A DNA stretch of 64,000 nt from an uncultured Holophaga sp. (GTDB taxonomy: Bacteria > Acidobacteriota > Holophagae > Holophagales > Holophagaceae), in assembly GCA_963664825.1 (NCBI GenBank), contig OY761614.1, forward strand, positions 2,336,001 to 2,400,000. The letters run 5' to 3'. The notes under the pieces are model-generated. The model made no database searches. It was not told the origin of the DNA and saw nothing but the letters and a program-made list of their open reading frames with translations. A program made the translations under genes and the position numbers. Position 1 is the first letter of the stretch; every line of letters begins with the position of its first letter. Positions 28,995 through 41,060 of this stretch are shown piece by piece.

Positions 28995-29048
28995 ATCGAT
29001 AGAAAAAGATCGATTATCGACGCACTCAATCGAGAAAAGTTGATCGAT
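28995..29048. promoter_or_regulatory. two ATCGA-N10-TCGAT palindromes upstream of the hydrogenase operon
   Basis: Sites at 28995-29014 and 29029-29048 in an AT-rich leader. Confidence 0.55.
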
Positions 29049-29310
29049 TAGGGTGCCCGTTGAAAGCAAGGTCGCTGCCTTGTGATTGACCGTCCGCTTT
29101 GGGTATTCGCTTGCTGTCTTGCTCAGATCCCTTGCTCAAGAGCGGGTCCTGAATTGCGGTAAATCGGCCACGGAATAAATGTATTCGGGATCCGTAGTGG
29201 CTGCGTTGATTTTAATCACATCAAGCGCCAACCGTGGGGAAGAGTCTTCTCGCGCTTACGACGTGGATCGCAATAGACTCCTCGGAAGCCCGTTTTTTCT
29301 AGATTTGACG

Positions 29311-29348
29311 AAGAAAAGCCCCCTTGGACAACACCTGTCCAAGGGGGC
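29311..29348 (-). terminator. intrinsic terminator after the DUF4139 gene
   Basis: 13-bp stem gcccccttggaca/tgtccaagggggc with an adjacent A-rich tract on the + strand. Confidence 0.7.
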
Positions 29349-29394
29349 CTCCAGAAGACGAATGGGCCAGTATTGCGAACTCGTCGCGACTACT

Positions 29395-30831
29395 CTACCA
29401 CTTGACCCGGACGCGATAGCTCAGCGTCGCGCTGCCCTCGGCGGGCACGTCCACCTTGAATTTGGCGGTGCCCGCGGCCTCCTTGGTGAAGGGATGGCTC
29501 TTCTCGATCATCTCCCAGTCGCCGGAAATGGGCTCCAGCACCGACACGGTGACGGCCTCCTTCTTGGCATTCTTCAATTCCACCTGGAAGGCCAGTTCCA
29601 CCACATTGCGCCAGGCCCCCTGTTTGCCCAGGCTCTTGTAGTCCGTCTGCTTGCGCCGGGCCGTGATATCGAAGGCGTCCCCCAGCTTGAGGCGCACCTT
29701 TTCATTCCTGGGCGTGTGGTCGATGGCATCCTCCCCCACGAACTGCGCCCGGCCCTCGCTGTCCCGTTTATAGACCCGCACCGTGCCCTTGGGCAGGGGC
29801 ATGCCCATGCGACTCTCGGTGCGGTTATCGAATTCCACGAAGACACCCACCTTCAGCTTGTCGCCCAGCTCCCCGTAGTTGCCCTGGTAGTAGTAGCTAT
29901 CGCCCTTGAGCAGGTATTCCTTGCGCACGGGCACGCCGGAGGCCGAGAGCAGGGCCACCTGCTTGGTCTGGTTCTCCTTGAGGGTGGTGGGGCGGTCCAG
30001 GGTGTAGAGGTGGTATTCGAAAAGGCTCTCCTCCTTCATCTGAGGGGCGGCATCGAAATCGACGACCTTGGCCCGGGTCGTCATTGTGGTGTTGGGCCGC
30101 CGAGTCTGGACGCGGTTCACATCCCCGGCCACCAGTTGCAGGGTGGCATTGGGATAGGCCGCGCCGCTTTGGTTGGTGAGGGTCACCCAGCCGCTGAGAT
30201 CCAGGGCCTTCTCGTCGGGCGAGAGATTGGCAACATAGTCGGCCTTCCAGGCCAGTCCCCCCGTGAGGTAGCTCAGCTCCAGCTTCTGCGCCTTCTCGGC
30301 CCCGCTATGGAGATCGACCACGAGGGTGGGCCGGGCCCGCAGGTTCTCGGGCACCTTGGGGTAGATAATGCGCCCCGGGATAGAGGTCTCGATGCGATCC
30401 GGGAACTGAAGGACGACGCCCTGGTTGGTGGCCAGCACCGTGGCGTCTTCCCGCACTTCCTTGGCACCGGCGCCCTCGGCGTTGGGCACGCTGCGCACGA
30501 GGGTCACCTTCTGTCCAACATACTTTTCCAGCAGCTTGGTGGGGGTGAGCAGATCGAAATCGAAATTCTGTTCCACTACCCAGAAATCCTTGGGGAGCGT
30601 GAGATTGCGCAGCAGGGCCGTCTCGGGCCGGATCTGGGCCGAAACCTCCTGGAAGGCCAGGGACAGATCACCCTTGGTGAGCCGTACCTCCCGCTGGTCC
30701 TTCACCAGGGCCAGGTTCTCGTTATAGATGGTGACGGCCAGCGACTGCTGATCCTTGAGAGTGGTGGTGATCTCTCTGGGGCTCTGGGCAGCGAGTGCGA
30801 AGGCAAAGGGGGCGAGAAGCAGGGCGCGCAT
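29395..30831 (-). CDS. DUF4139 domain exported protein
   Basis: AVTIYNENLALV, YLTGGLAWKADY, FEYHLY and FVGEDAIDHTP; AAGGAG RBS. Confidence 0.9.
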   Translation of the reverse strand: MRALLLAPFAFALAAQSPREITTTLKDQQSLAVTIYNENLALVKDQREVRLTKGDLSLAFQEVSAQIRPETALLRNLTLPKDFWVVEQNFDFDLLTPTKLLEKYVGQKVTLVRSVPNAEGAGAKEVREDATVLATNQGVVLQFPDRIETSIPGRIIYPKVPENLRARPTLVVDLHSGAEKAQKLELSYLTGGLAWKADYVANLSPDEKALDLSGWVTLTNQSGAAYPNATLQLVAGDVNRVQTRRPNTTMTTRAKVVDFDAAPQMKEESLFEYHLYTLDRPTTLKENQTKQVALLSASGVPVRKEYLLKGDSYYYQGNYGELGDKLKVGVFVEFDNRTESRMGMPLPKGTVRVYKRDSEGRAQFVGEDAIDHTPRNEKVRLKLGDAFDITARRKQTDYKSLGKQGAWRNVVELAFQVELKNAKKEAVTVSVLEPISGDWEMIEKSHPFTKEAAGTAKFKVDVPAEGSATLSYRVRVKW

Positions 30832-30864
30832 GGGGAACTCCTTGAGGGGGTGCATGGATAGTCT

Positions 30865-31215
30865 CTACAACTTGGGACGTACGCGATAGAACAGCGTTGC
30901 GCTTCCTTCGGCAGGGACCTCCACCTTGAATTTGATATTGCCACCGGCCTCCTTGGTGAAGGCGTGGCTTTTCCGGACCACTTCCCAACGCTCGCCGATG
31001 GGCTCCAATACGGAAACGCTGACAGGCTCCTGCTTGGCATTCTTTAGCTCCACCTCAAAGGCGACTTCCAACACCCAGCGCCAATCACCCTGATGACCGA
31101 GGCTCTTGAAATCCGTCTGCTTCCGGTGAGCCGTGATATCGAACGCGTTGCCCAGTTTCAGGCGCACCGATTCATTCCTGGGCGTGTGATCGATGGGATC
31201 CTCACCCAGGAATTG
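30865..31215 (-). pseudogene. C-terminal fragment of a second DUF4139 paralog
   Basis: QFLGEDPIDHTPRNESVRLKLGNAFDIT aligns to the end of the 29395-30831 protein; in-frame TAG at 31225-31227 upstream. Confidence 0.85.
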
Positions 31216-31216
31216 T

Positions 31217-31558
31217 GGATGTGCCTACACCGTGGGCAACATCCTCGGCTGTGGCTTCCTGGAGAAGGTCTATGAGAATGCCCTTGCCCACGAGCTTCGC
31301 GCTTCGGGCCTGAAGGTTCAGCAGCAGTGGAGGATCCCAGTCCATTAAAGAGGTCTCCTTGTCGGAGACTACGCCGCGGATCTTCTCGTCGAGGACGCAC
31401 TGCTGGTTGAGCTGAAAGCTACCAAGGCACTGGATGAAATCCATTTCGCCCAATGCCTGAACTACCTCAAGGCCACTGGTCTTCAGGCCTGTCTTCTGAT
31501 CAACTTTGGAGCACCAAGAGTCGAAGTCCGTCGCATGGTGAACCACTTTGAAGGCTGA
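31217..31558 (+). pseudogene. GxxExxY protein (PD-(D/E)xK-like nuclease), 5'-truncated with an internal stop
   Basis: Manual translation GCAYTVGNILGCGFLEKVYENAL...PVH*RG...ADLLVE...VELKA...QCLNYLKATG...LLINFG; TAA at 31346-31348. Not in the ORF track. Confidence 0.9.
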
Positions 31559-31560
31559 AC

Positions 31561-31781
31561 CCCATCGGCGTGCATCTGTGTTCATCATTGTTTCAAAAGC
31601 AATCAACTCTGATACAAGCGGATGAACGCCGATAGAAGCCGCAAAGGGATCATGGTAGAAGCCCTGGACGGCCTCTCCGAGAGGGACATCGGATGCGTCT
31701 GCACCGGCAGCAGCACCCTCAGAGGAATCCCATCTGCGTGCATCTGCGTTCATCATTGTTCAAAAAAAAATCAACTCTGAT
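31561..31781. repeat. two 53-bp direct repeats downstream of GxxExxY
   Basis: 31561-31613 and 31729-31781, 6 mismatches; copy 1 has an inverted partner at about 31618-31633. Confidence 0.85.
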
Positions 31782-31851
31782 GCACTACGATATCGGAAAT
31801 CCGCATCAATGCTGCTTTGCCGTATCCTGAAGCCCTCTTCCCGGAGTTCCC

Positions 31852-32499
31852 ATGTCCGTGCCCATGCTCGATCCCATGGCCTTGCGCGTGTTAGGGGCGC
31901 TGCTGGAGAAGCAGATGAGCACGCCGGAGTACTATCCACTCACCCTCAACGCGCTGGTGAACGCCTGCAATCAGAGCAGCAACCGGGACCCTGTGATGCG
32001 CCTGGAGGAATCCGCCGTGTTGGAGGCGCTGGATGTCCTGCGCGAGGCACAGCTGGCCTGGGAGGTGCGCTCGGCGGGCTCCCACACCACCAAGTACGAA
32101 CACCGGATCCGGGAGCGCTTCGAACTCACGGAGCAGGAGGCGGCCATTCTCTGCGAACTGATGCTGCGGGGGGCCCAGACGCCGGGGGAACTGCGCTCCC
32201 GCACTCAGAGGCTCTACGCCTTCCAGGATCTGTCGGAAGTGGAGGCCGCTCTCGATTGCCTGGCCTCGGGTCCCGAGCGCCTGGCCGTGAAGCTGCCCCG
32301 GCTGGCCGGTTCCCGGGAGGCGCGTTTCGCCCAGCTATTGGGCGGTTCCGACGATCCCCGCGCCACGCAGCCCCTGGGGGCCCTGCCCAGTCTTGAGGAG
32401 TGCGCTCCGGTTTCGCTCCGGGATGAGGTCACAGCCCTGCGCGAAGAGCTGGCGGCCCTGCGCGCGGAATTCGAGGCCTTCCGGAGACAACTGGAATAA
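31852..32499 (+). CDS. YceH/DUF480 family protein
   Basis: RVLGALLEK..TPEYYPLTLNAL..ACNQSSNRDPVM and LRGAQTPGELR. Confidence 0.92.
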   Translation: MSVPMLDPMALRVLGALLEKQMSTPEYYPLTLNALVNACNQSSNRDPVMRLEESAVLEALDVLREAQLAWEVRSAGSHTTKYEHRIRERFELTEQEAAILCELMLRGAQTPGELRSRTQRLYAFQDLSEVEAALDCLASGPERLAVKLPRLAGSREARFAQLLGGSDDPRATQPLGALPSLEECAPVSLRDEVTALREELAALRAEFEAFRRQLE

Positions 32500-32540
32500 C
32501 GGCCGGACCCAGCGATCCGGTGACACGAAAAGCCACTGAA

Positions 32541-32648
32541 GAACCGCAGAGGGCGCAGAGGGAATGAGGAGAACGCAGAGAAAAGAGGGACCATCCTCCC
32601 TTTCTTTTCCTCTGCGCTCTCTGGCCTTCTCTGTGCCCTCTGCGGTTC
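32541..32648. repeat. long palindrome (REP-like family)
   Basis: gaaccgcagagggcgcagag / ctctgtgccctctgcggttc, 19/20 complementary, plus an inner cgcagag/ctctgcg pair. Confidence 0.8.
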
Positions 32649-32671
32649 AGCTTTCGCGGCGCTCCCAGCCC

Positions 32672-35110
32672 CTACCTCAGCGTGATCACCGTGGCCCCGG
32701 CCCCCCCTTGGGCTTGGGGGGCGTCCTCGATGCGGGCGATATTGGGGTGCCCCTGGAGGGCCTCCCGGATGGCGGCTTTCAGCCTGCCCGTGCCGTGGCC
32801 GTGGACGATGCGCACGAAGCGCTGACCGGAGGCCAGGGCGTCTTCGATGAAGCGATGGACCTCGAAGTCGATATCATCCGAGGCCCGGCCGATGAGGTTG
32901 AGCTCCTGGTCCACCTCCCGGGAGCTGGGGCGATAGCGGACGCTTCCGTTGCGGGAGCCCTCGTCAAAATCCGAGCGGTGGATGGGTTCCAGTTCCCCCA
33001 CCCGGGCCTCCAGGCGCCTTCCCTGGGGCGTCTGGAGCGTGACCCGGTCGCCCTTCAGGGTGATGACCCGGCCCTCCACGCCCAGGCCCTTGTGCCGGGC
33101 AAAGCCGTCGAGTCGCAACGGAATGGACTGGGAGCTGGGCCGGGAGGCTGGGCGCAGGGGCAATATCTCGGCGCGGGCGATCTGGGCCATGGTCTTCACG
33201 CGCTCGTGGGCTTCGGCGCCGATGCGATCGGCGTTGAGGGGCGATGCGCTGCGCTGCTTATCCTTGAGTTCCTTCACCAGGCGCTTGGATTCGTGGTCGA
33301 GGAAATCCAGCACGCGCTGGAGCTTGTCCTGGCTGTCCCGCTGGAATTTCTCCTGCCTCTCCCGCAGTTCCTCCTCGCGCCGCTGGAGGATGCGCTGATC
33401 CTTCTCGAAGGCCGCCTCCCGACGGGCCATCTCCTCGGCCTGTTCCATGAGTCTCAGGCGCTCGGCTTCCAGCGACTTGAGGAATTCCCGCCAGTCCTGT
33501 TCCCGGCGCCCCAGCACCTTTTCGGCGTGATCGAGGACGAAGCGGGGCAGTCCCAGCCTGGACGCGATGGTGAGGGCCCGGCTCTGGCCCGGCTGGCCCA
33601 CCAGCAGGCGGTAGGTGGGGGCGAGGCGCTCCTCGTCGAACTGCACCGAGGCATTCTGGAAACGGGGGTGGCGGAGGGCCCACTGGCTCATCTCGCCCAG
33701 GTGCGTGGAACAGAGCACCCAGCAGTTCCGCCGGGAGAGCGCCTGGAGCACGGCGATGCCGAGGGCTGCGCCCTCCTTGGGGTCCGTGCCCGTGCCCAGT
33801 TCGTCCAGCAGCACGAGCCCTCCGCTCTTGGCCTGGGTCAGGATGGCCTTCAGGTGGAGGATGTGGCTGCTGAAGGTCGAGAGGCTACCGATGAGGGTCT
33901 GGTGGTCGCCGATATCGGCGTGGAGGGTGGTCAGCTCCGGCAGCTCGGTGCCCGCCTTGGCGGGGATGGCGCAGCCCACTTGAGCCAGGGCCAGGAGCAG
34001 GCCCACGGTCTTGAGGACGACCGTCTTGCCCCCCGTATTGGAACCTGAAATGACGAGGCCTGGCCTGGATCCATCCAGTTCCAGGCTCAAGGGGATCACC
34101 TCGTGGTTCAGGGGCTCCAGGTCGAGTGCGGCGCGCACGGCGGGCAGGAGCAGGGGATGGCGGGCCTCCTGGAGGTGGAGCCTCGCCGTGCCCAGTTCCG
34201 GCAGCAGGCCCTCGCAGAGCCCCTGCCAGCGCAGGAGGGCCAGGATCTCGTCGGCCTCCCCCTGGAACTGGTGCCAGCGCTCGAAGTCGGCGCGCCGCGC
34301 CCGCAGCCGGTCCAGCAGTTCCCGCAGGAAGGCCTGCACGGCCTGGGTGTACTCGCGGTCGGCCTCGACGCATTCGTTGTTGAGGCTGACGGCCTCGAAG
34401 GGTTCCACGAAGACGGTGGCGCCGCTGGAGGAGCGGTCCAGGACCAGTCCGGGGACGCTGCCCTTCCGCTCCACCCGCACCGGCAGGCAGAAACGCCCGT
34501 TCCGCTCCACGATGCTCGGTTCCTGCATGGCGTCGGCCGCGTCGTGGAGGATGCGCTGGAGGCGGTTCTGCACGGCCTGGAAACGCCGCTGACGCTCGCG
34601 ATGGAGCCCCGCGAGGCCGGGCACTCGGAGGGGGTCGAGCTGGCCATCCTCGGTGAAACTCTTCTGCAAGAGTTCCACAACGGAGACGGGATCGGGCAGG
34701 AGCGCGGCTGTGACCTGCATGAGATCGATGCCCAGGTGTGTGCCGGGGAGGGCGGGCCGGGCCTCGGGCCATTGAAGGGCCGCGATGGTGCGCAGCAGGG
34801 CCGAAGTGGCCTTCAGGCCCTCCCTCAGTTGGCGCCAGTGCTCGGGGAGGGGCCAGCCCGCCGGGTTCAGGATCTGATCCAGGGCCTCATCGAAGGGCGC
34901 GATGGGAAGGCTCGAGGGCTCCTTCTCCCAGATCGGGGCCAGCTCCATCTGGCGCAACCGCCGCAGGGATCCCCCCTGGTCCCATGGGTGCATCCGGGCA
35001 AGGGCCTCCCGGCCCAGGCGCGTCTTGGCGCATCCCGCCACGAAGTCGACCACCACGGGGAATTCCACGGCTTCGAGTTCAAGCTGCTGGGTGCGGCTGG
35101 GCTGTGTCAT
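32672..35110 (-). CDS. mutS2: MutS2 family protein with Smr domain
   Basis: SSSGATVFVEP, GSNTGGKT, SLSTFSSH, LDELGTGTDP and Smr VHGHGTG; start position uncertain. Confidence 0.92.
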   Translation of the reverse strand: MTQPSRTQQLELEAVEFPVVVDFVAGCAKTRLGREALARMHPWDQGGSLRRLRQMELAPIWEKEPSSLPIAPFDEALDQILNPAGWPLPEHWRQLREGLKATSALLRTIAALQWPEARPALPGTHLGIDLMQVTAALLPDPVSVVELLQKSFTEDGQLDPLRVPGLAGLHRERQRRFQAVQNRLQRILHDAADAMQEPSIVERNGRFCLPVRVERKGSVPGLVLDRSSSGATVFVEPFEAVSLNNECVEADREYTQAVQAFLRELLDRLRARRADFERWHQFQGEADEILALLRWQGLCEGLLPELGTARLHLQEARHPLLLPAVRAALDLEPLNHEVIPLSLELDGSRPGLVISGSNTGGKTVVLKTVGLLLALAQVGCAIPAKAGTELPELTTLHADIGDHQTLIGSLSTFSSHILHLKAILTQAKSGGLVLLDELGTGTDPKEGAALGIAVLQALSRRNCWVLCSTHLGEMSQWALRHPRFQNASVQFDEERLAPTYRLLVGQPGQSRALTIASRLGLPRFVLDHAEKVLGRREQDWREFLKSLEAERLRLMEQAEEMARREAAFEKDQRILQRREEELRERQEKFQRDSQDKLQRVLDFLDHESKRLVKELKDKQRSASPLNADRIGAEAHERVKTMAQIARAEILPLRPASRPSSQSIPLRLDGFARHKGLGVEGRVITLKGDRVTLQTPQGRRLEARVGELEPIHRSDFDEGSRNGSVRYRPSSREVDQELNLIGRASDDIDFEVHRFIEDALASGQRFVRIVHGHGTGRLKAAIREALQGHPNIARIEDAPQAQGGAGATVITLR

Positions 35111-35204
35111 ACCGGGCTGCGCTTCAAAAAAAGACGTTGAGGGGGCAAGGGGCATTGGGAGCTGGCTCCAGGAGCGGCCTGCCGAGCAGAGGAGCCTCGA
35201 CAAG

Positions 35205-35230
35205 AAAAAAGGCCCGCGGGAGCGGGCCTT
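35205..35230 (-). terminator. intrinsic terminator of rpsU
   Basis: aaggcccgc-ggga-gcgggcctt with an A6 tract on the + strand. Confidence 0.75.
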
Positions 35231-35255
35231 CAAGATTACGCGCTTTGATCGGGGC

Positions 35256-35468
35256 TCAGGGAGTCCCCATGATGCGGCGCTCCTGGGCCAGTCGCTTGAG
35301 GGACTTCTTCCGGGCGGCAAGCATCTTCCGCTTGCGCTTGGCGCTGGGCTTCTCGTAGTGCTGACGCTTCTTCAGCTCACTCAGGATGCCGGACTTTTCA
35401 CACTTTCGCTTAAAACGGCGAAGCGCGTTCTCGAAGGTCTCGTCTTCTTTAATCTTGACCAGTGGCAT
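35256..35468 (-). CDS. rpsU: 30S ribosomal protein bS21
   Basis: [42 protein letters not shown]. Confidence 0.96.
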   Translation of the reverse strand: MPLVKIKEDETFENALRRFKRKCEKSGILSELKKRQHYEKPSAKRKRKMLAARKKSLKRLAQERRIMGTP

Positions 35469-35639
35469 GTATGTATCCCCCCCTTCTGTCGTGAAATCGC
35501 CCCGGGAGACTGAAGCCTCTCTGGGACCGGTCAAACAGAATAGCGCGGGAATTGGATAATCGCGAGGACGGAATGCGGACCCAAAGGTTGCCGCCCGCGC
35601 AAAGCCCCCTGTAGAATGGGGTTCTTGATCCGAGCCAGC

Positions 35640-37622
35640 ATGCCCCGACCTCTCCTCCTCATCCTGGATGGCCAGTCCCTGAAATCCGGGGGGGTGGAAG
35701 TGGCTCTGGCCAATGGCGGGTGGGATGTGGTGGCCACGGCCAGTGGGGAGGCCGCCGAGTTCGTGGGGCGGACGGAGACGGCCCTGGTGCTGTTGGACCC
35801 CGCCCTCAGTGGTGAGGCCGGACTCCACGCCGTCCAGGCCATGCGCGCCCTGGACCGGGAAGTGCCGGTGGTGCTGCTGAAAGGCGGCGAAGAGGGGGGA
35901 GCGGGCAAGGGCTTTCATGTCCCCGTGCCCGGTGTGGCGGGCAGTTTGGAGCGTTCGGCCCCCATCTCCCAGTGGGTGGGGGTCTTGAACGGCATCCTGG
36001 CCTCGGTGAGGGCCGAAAAACACAAATTCACCGCCGAAGAACTCTTCGCCGATATCCTGGCCGATATCGAGGGGCCCAGAGCCTCGGCCCAGCCTCTGAC
36101 CCAGACCCAGCCCTTCTCGGCCCGGGTCCCCCTCCCTGCGACACAGCCCTTCCGCCAGGTGGAGCCTTCCCTTCCGTCTCCGTCCTCATCGGAGCCCTTC
36201 CCCGATCTCTTCGAAGGGTTCCTGAGCCCCCTGGCGGAGGCGCCGCAGGTCCCAGCCGGGAAGAAAAATGAATTCACCCTCAGCGGCATCTCCGGGATCA
36301 ACGATCCCTTCGGAGAGGGCTCCCTCCAGGGAAGCAATCCTGTTGAGATCGAATTCGTCGCCAGTCGCGAGACACCGGCTGTCCAGGCGCAACCCGCCCC
36401 TCCGATGGCCTCCGATGAACGCCGCGAGAGCGAGCTACGCGAGAGCGAGGTCTTGGAGGAGTTCGGGAACTACTACCTGCTGGAGAAGATCGCCGTGGGC
36501 GGCATGGCGGAACTCTTCAAGGCCCGCCAGCGAGGCGTCCACAACTTCGAGAAGATCGTCGCCATCAAGCGCATCCTGCCCCATCTCTCGGACAACGACG
36601 AGTTTGTGCGGATGTTCATCGACGAAGCCAAGCTGGCTGCCCAGCTCACCCATCCGAACATCGTCCAGATCTTTGATCTGGGCAAGGCTTCCGGCTTCTA
36701 CTACATCGCCATGGAATACGTGGATGGCAAGGACCTCCGCAGCCTGCTGCGGAAGGTGCGCGAGCACAAGCTGCCCTTCCCTGAATCGGTGGCGGCCTTC
36801 GTCACCATGAAGATCGCTGGAGCGCTGGACTACGCTCACCGCAAGAAGGGCATGAACGACAAGGAACTGAAACTCGTCCACCGGGATATCAGCCCCCAGA
36901 ACGTGCTCATCTCCGGCGAAGGCGCCGTGAAGCTGGTGGACTTCGGCATCGCCAAGGCCGCCACGAAAACGACCCAGACCGTGGCCGGCGCCCTCAAGGG
37001 CAAGCTCCTCTACATGAGCCCTGAACAGGCGCTGGGCCAGCCCCTGGACAGCCGCTCGGACCTATACTCCCTCGGACTGGTGCTCTTCGAACTCCTGACC
37101 GGGGAGCGCTGTTTCCAGGCCGATAGCGAGCTGGGCGTGCTCGAGAAGGTCCGGCTGGGCAAGGTCCAGGATGTGCGAAGCGTCAATCCCCTCGTGTCTC
37201 GGGAGATGGCCTCCATCCTGGAAAGGGCGCTCCAGAAAAACGTCGACCAGCGCTACCCTTCGGCGCGCTTCCTGGAGCGGGATCTCAAGGCGCTCCTGGT
37301 CCGCAGCGGGAACGAACCCGTGGAACACGATATCGCCGAATATGTGAACACGCTGCTGAAGGGCACCAAGGAACAGGTGCAAGCCCTGGTCTCCAGCCGC
37401 TTCCCGGTCCCCCAGGGGCGCATGATCCCTGGGACCCGCAGCGGAGTTGCCCTCCCGTCGGTCGAAGTCCTGACCCAGGAGACCCATCTCACCACTTTCG
37501 ACTCCGTGCCCCTGCCTCCCCAGGATCTGGGACTGGAGCCGTCTTCCCACCGATGGCTGCTGCCTGCCGCCGCCCTCGTCCTGGCCGTGGTGGCCATCCT
37601 GCTGTGGCTGGTGGCTCACTGA
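35640..37622 (+). CDS. Hanks-type Ser/Thr kinase with a receiver-like N-terminus and C-terminal TM
   Basis: [20 protein letters not shown] and YMSPE. Confidence 0.92.
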   Translation: MPRPLLLILDGQSLKSGGVEVALANGGWDVVATASGEAAEFVGRTETALVLLDPALSGEAGLHAVQAMRALDREVPVVLLKGGEEGGAGKGFHVPVPGVAGSLERSAPISQWVGVLNGILASVRAEKHKFTAEELFADILADIEGPRASAQPLTQTQPFSARVPLPATQPFRQVEPSLPSPSSSEPFPDLFEGFLSPLAEAPQVPAGKKNEFTLSGISGINDPFGEGSLQGSNPVEIEFVASRETPAVQAQPAPPMASDERRESELRESEVLEEFGNYYLLEKIAVGGMAELFKARQRGVHNFEKIVAIKRILPHLSDNDEFVRMFIDEAKLAAQLTHPNIVQIFDLGKASGFYYIAMEYVDGKDLRSLLRKVREHKLPFPESVAAFVTMKIAGALDYAHRKKGMNDKELKLVHRDISPQNVLISGEGAVKLVDFGIAKAATKTTQTVAGALKGKLLYMSPEQALGQPLDSRSDLYSLGLVLFELLTGERCFQADSELGVLEKVRLGKVQDVRSVNPLVSREMASILERALQKNVDQRYPSARFLERDLKALLVRSGNEPVEHDIAEYVNTLLKGTKEQVQALVSSRFPVPQGRMIPGTRSGVALPSVEVLTQETHLTTFDSVPLPPQDLGLEPSSHRWLLPAAALVLAVVAILLWLVAH

Positions 37623-37693
37623 AGCGGTATGATCGAACCCTTGGCTTTGTCGCAATCTTTTGAATATTTCCCATCCCATTCCCCGGAGCTGAT

Positions 37694-37987
37694 ATGGATC
37701 TGAGCAAAGAACAGCAGGGCTTCTACCAGAGCGCTCGCGAACACTGCCGCCAGGAAGTCGATGAGATGAACCGCACGATTCGCGCGGAATGGCAGCACCT
37801 CAATGACGAGATCAAGCGCGTGCAGGAACTCATCCAGACCCTCGAGACCCGCAAGCAGACCGTGGGCCAGATGTATGCTTCGGCCAGCGAGATGCTCGGC
37901 CTGACCAATGATCTCGATGTGGGCTCGGCCATCCAGGAAGGTGCCGAGGACGCCGATGATCTCGGCGTGGGCGAGATCGACCTGTAG
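37694..37987 (+). CDS. hypothetical coiled-coil protein
   Basis: GGAG RBS, clean 97-aa ORF followed by a terminator. Confidence 0.75.
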   Translation: MDLSKEQQGFYQSAREHCRQEVDEMNRTIRAEWQHLNDEIKRVQELIQTLETRKQTVGQMYASASEMLGLTNDLDVGSAIQEGAEDADDLGVGEIDL

Positions 37988-37998
37988 CGATTTCCGTT

Positions 37999-38042
37999 CT
38001 AATAGAAAAGACCCCGGGCTCGCCCGGGGTCTTTTCTATTAG
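37999..38042. terminator. bidirectional terminator
   Basis: ctaatagaaaagaccccgggc-tc-gcccggggtcttttctattag between convergent genes. Confidence 0.85.
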
Positions 38043-38298
38043 TGTTTCGGCCGCAGATCCATCAGGGGCGCGCTGCAGTTGGTGCAATTCTGGCGGTGGG
38101 GTGGGTTGCGCTGATTGCAGTGGGGGCAGAAGCGATCCTTCTTCCGCCGGCGTTGATAGAGCCGGAAGTAGAGCAGGGCGCCCAGCAGTACCAGCAGGAC
38201 CATCTTCTGGGTTCCCCCCAGCACGAAGCCCGTGGGGCTCTTGATGGTCTCGGCCTCCTTGGGGGGCTGGTTCTGGAGTTGGATGGTGGGCTGTGGCA

Positions 38299-38299
<1 letters not shown>
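38039..38299 (-). CDS. small membrane-anchored zinc-ribbon protein
   Basis: TM helix then CPHC...CTNC; overlaps the lepA stop (TGATG). Confidence 0.7.
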
Positions 38300-40119
<1,820 letters not shown>

Positions 40120-40225
40120 AAAAAACCTCGAATCTATCATTCTATCCGGGCCCGTCCCCCGGGTCTTCAGCGGAATCCTGGGCGTTCTGAGGTATCGTGA
40201 TGGGTGGGCCTGAAGGCTCGGGTCC

Positions 40226-41053
40226 TTGAATCGCGAGGCATTATCTGTGGAGTCCGCACAAGAACTAGGCCGCATTCTCCTGGTCGATGACTTGGCCCTG
40301 TTCAGGCGCCTTCTGCCCCTGCGTCTCGGCGCCCTGGGGCGCGAAGTGGAATCCGTTCCCAATGTGGAAGAGGCCCGCGGCTACTTGGCCCGGCGGCGCC
40401 CCATCCTCATCCTGCTGGATGTGATCATGCCGGGGGTGGATGGATTTGCGTTCTGCCGGGAGTTGAAGGCTGACCCTCGCACACGGGATATTCCGGTGAT
40501 CATGCTCACCGATCTGAAGGCCAATGCCCACGACCGCAGCCTCGACGCCGGGGCCGATGATTACATGCCCAAGCGCATCGACGACGCGGTGATGCGCATT
40601 CGCGTTCAGCTCCACATGAACCTCATGGAACTCCGTCGGAAGGCCCAAGGCGTGGCGCTTCCGGAGGTCCCGGCCTCCATTCTGCTGGCCTCTGCTTCCC
40701 CTCTCCTCCAGGCTCAGCTGCCCGCCCAGTTCGCCCAGGATGGCCACGTCACTCGCCTCGTGGAAAATCCGGCGGAGATCGCCTCGCACCTGCAGCCCCA
40801 GGATCGCCTGTTGGTGATGGACGCCGATCTGGGGATGGAGGAGATGCACAGAATCCTGGCCGAGCTTCGCATGGATCCCACCACCGCCGGCCTGCCCATC
40901 CTGCTGCTATGCGCCAAGGAACAGCTGGAAGAACTCACGGCCATCGAATTCATGGTCGACGATGTGCTCTGGAAGCCCTTGAATGCCCAGGTCAGCCGCC
41001 ACCGGCTCCGCTACCTCCTGGAACTGGGGCACCGCACCTTCGGTCCCGCCTGA
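40226..41053 (+). CDS. response regulator with tandem receiver domains
   Basis: [15 protein letters not shown]; second receiver is degenerate; start position uncertain. Confidence 0.85.
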   Translation: MNREALSVESAQELGRILLVDDLALFRRLLPLRLGALGREVESVPNVEEARGYLARRRPILILLDVIMPGVDGFAFCRELKADPRTRDIPVIMLTDLKANAHDRSLDAGADDYMPKRIDDAVMRIRVQLHMNLMELRRKAQGVALPEVPASILLASASPLLQAQLPAQFAQDGHVTRLVENPAEIASHLQPQDRLLVMDADLGMEEMHRILAELRMDPTTAGLPILLLCAKEQLEELTAIEFMVDDVLWKPLNAQVSRHRLRYLLELGHRTFGPA

Positions 41054-41060
41054 GGCGCCC

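Noticed and set aside
31202..31756. 184-aa minus-strand ORF
   Set aside because: Antisense to the GxxExxY pseudogene; its repeated MMNxDARRW is just the translated DNA repeat.
31561..31781. Possible CRISPR mini-array
   Set aside because: Only two 53-bp copies with a 115-nt gap and no cas genes in the window.
32541..32650. Palindromes ending AAC...GTT considered as integron attC sites
   Set aside because: They do not match RYYYAAC/GTTRRRY, they flank core genes rather than a cassette array, and no integrase is present.
35256..36023. 255-aa ORF containing bS21, and similarly extended starts for lepA, hydA, hydB and the M16 gene
   Set aside because: The upstream extensions are non-homologous or overlap other genes; starts were trimmed to positions supported by an RBS or by homology.
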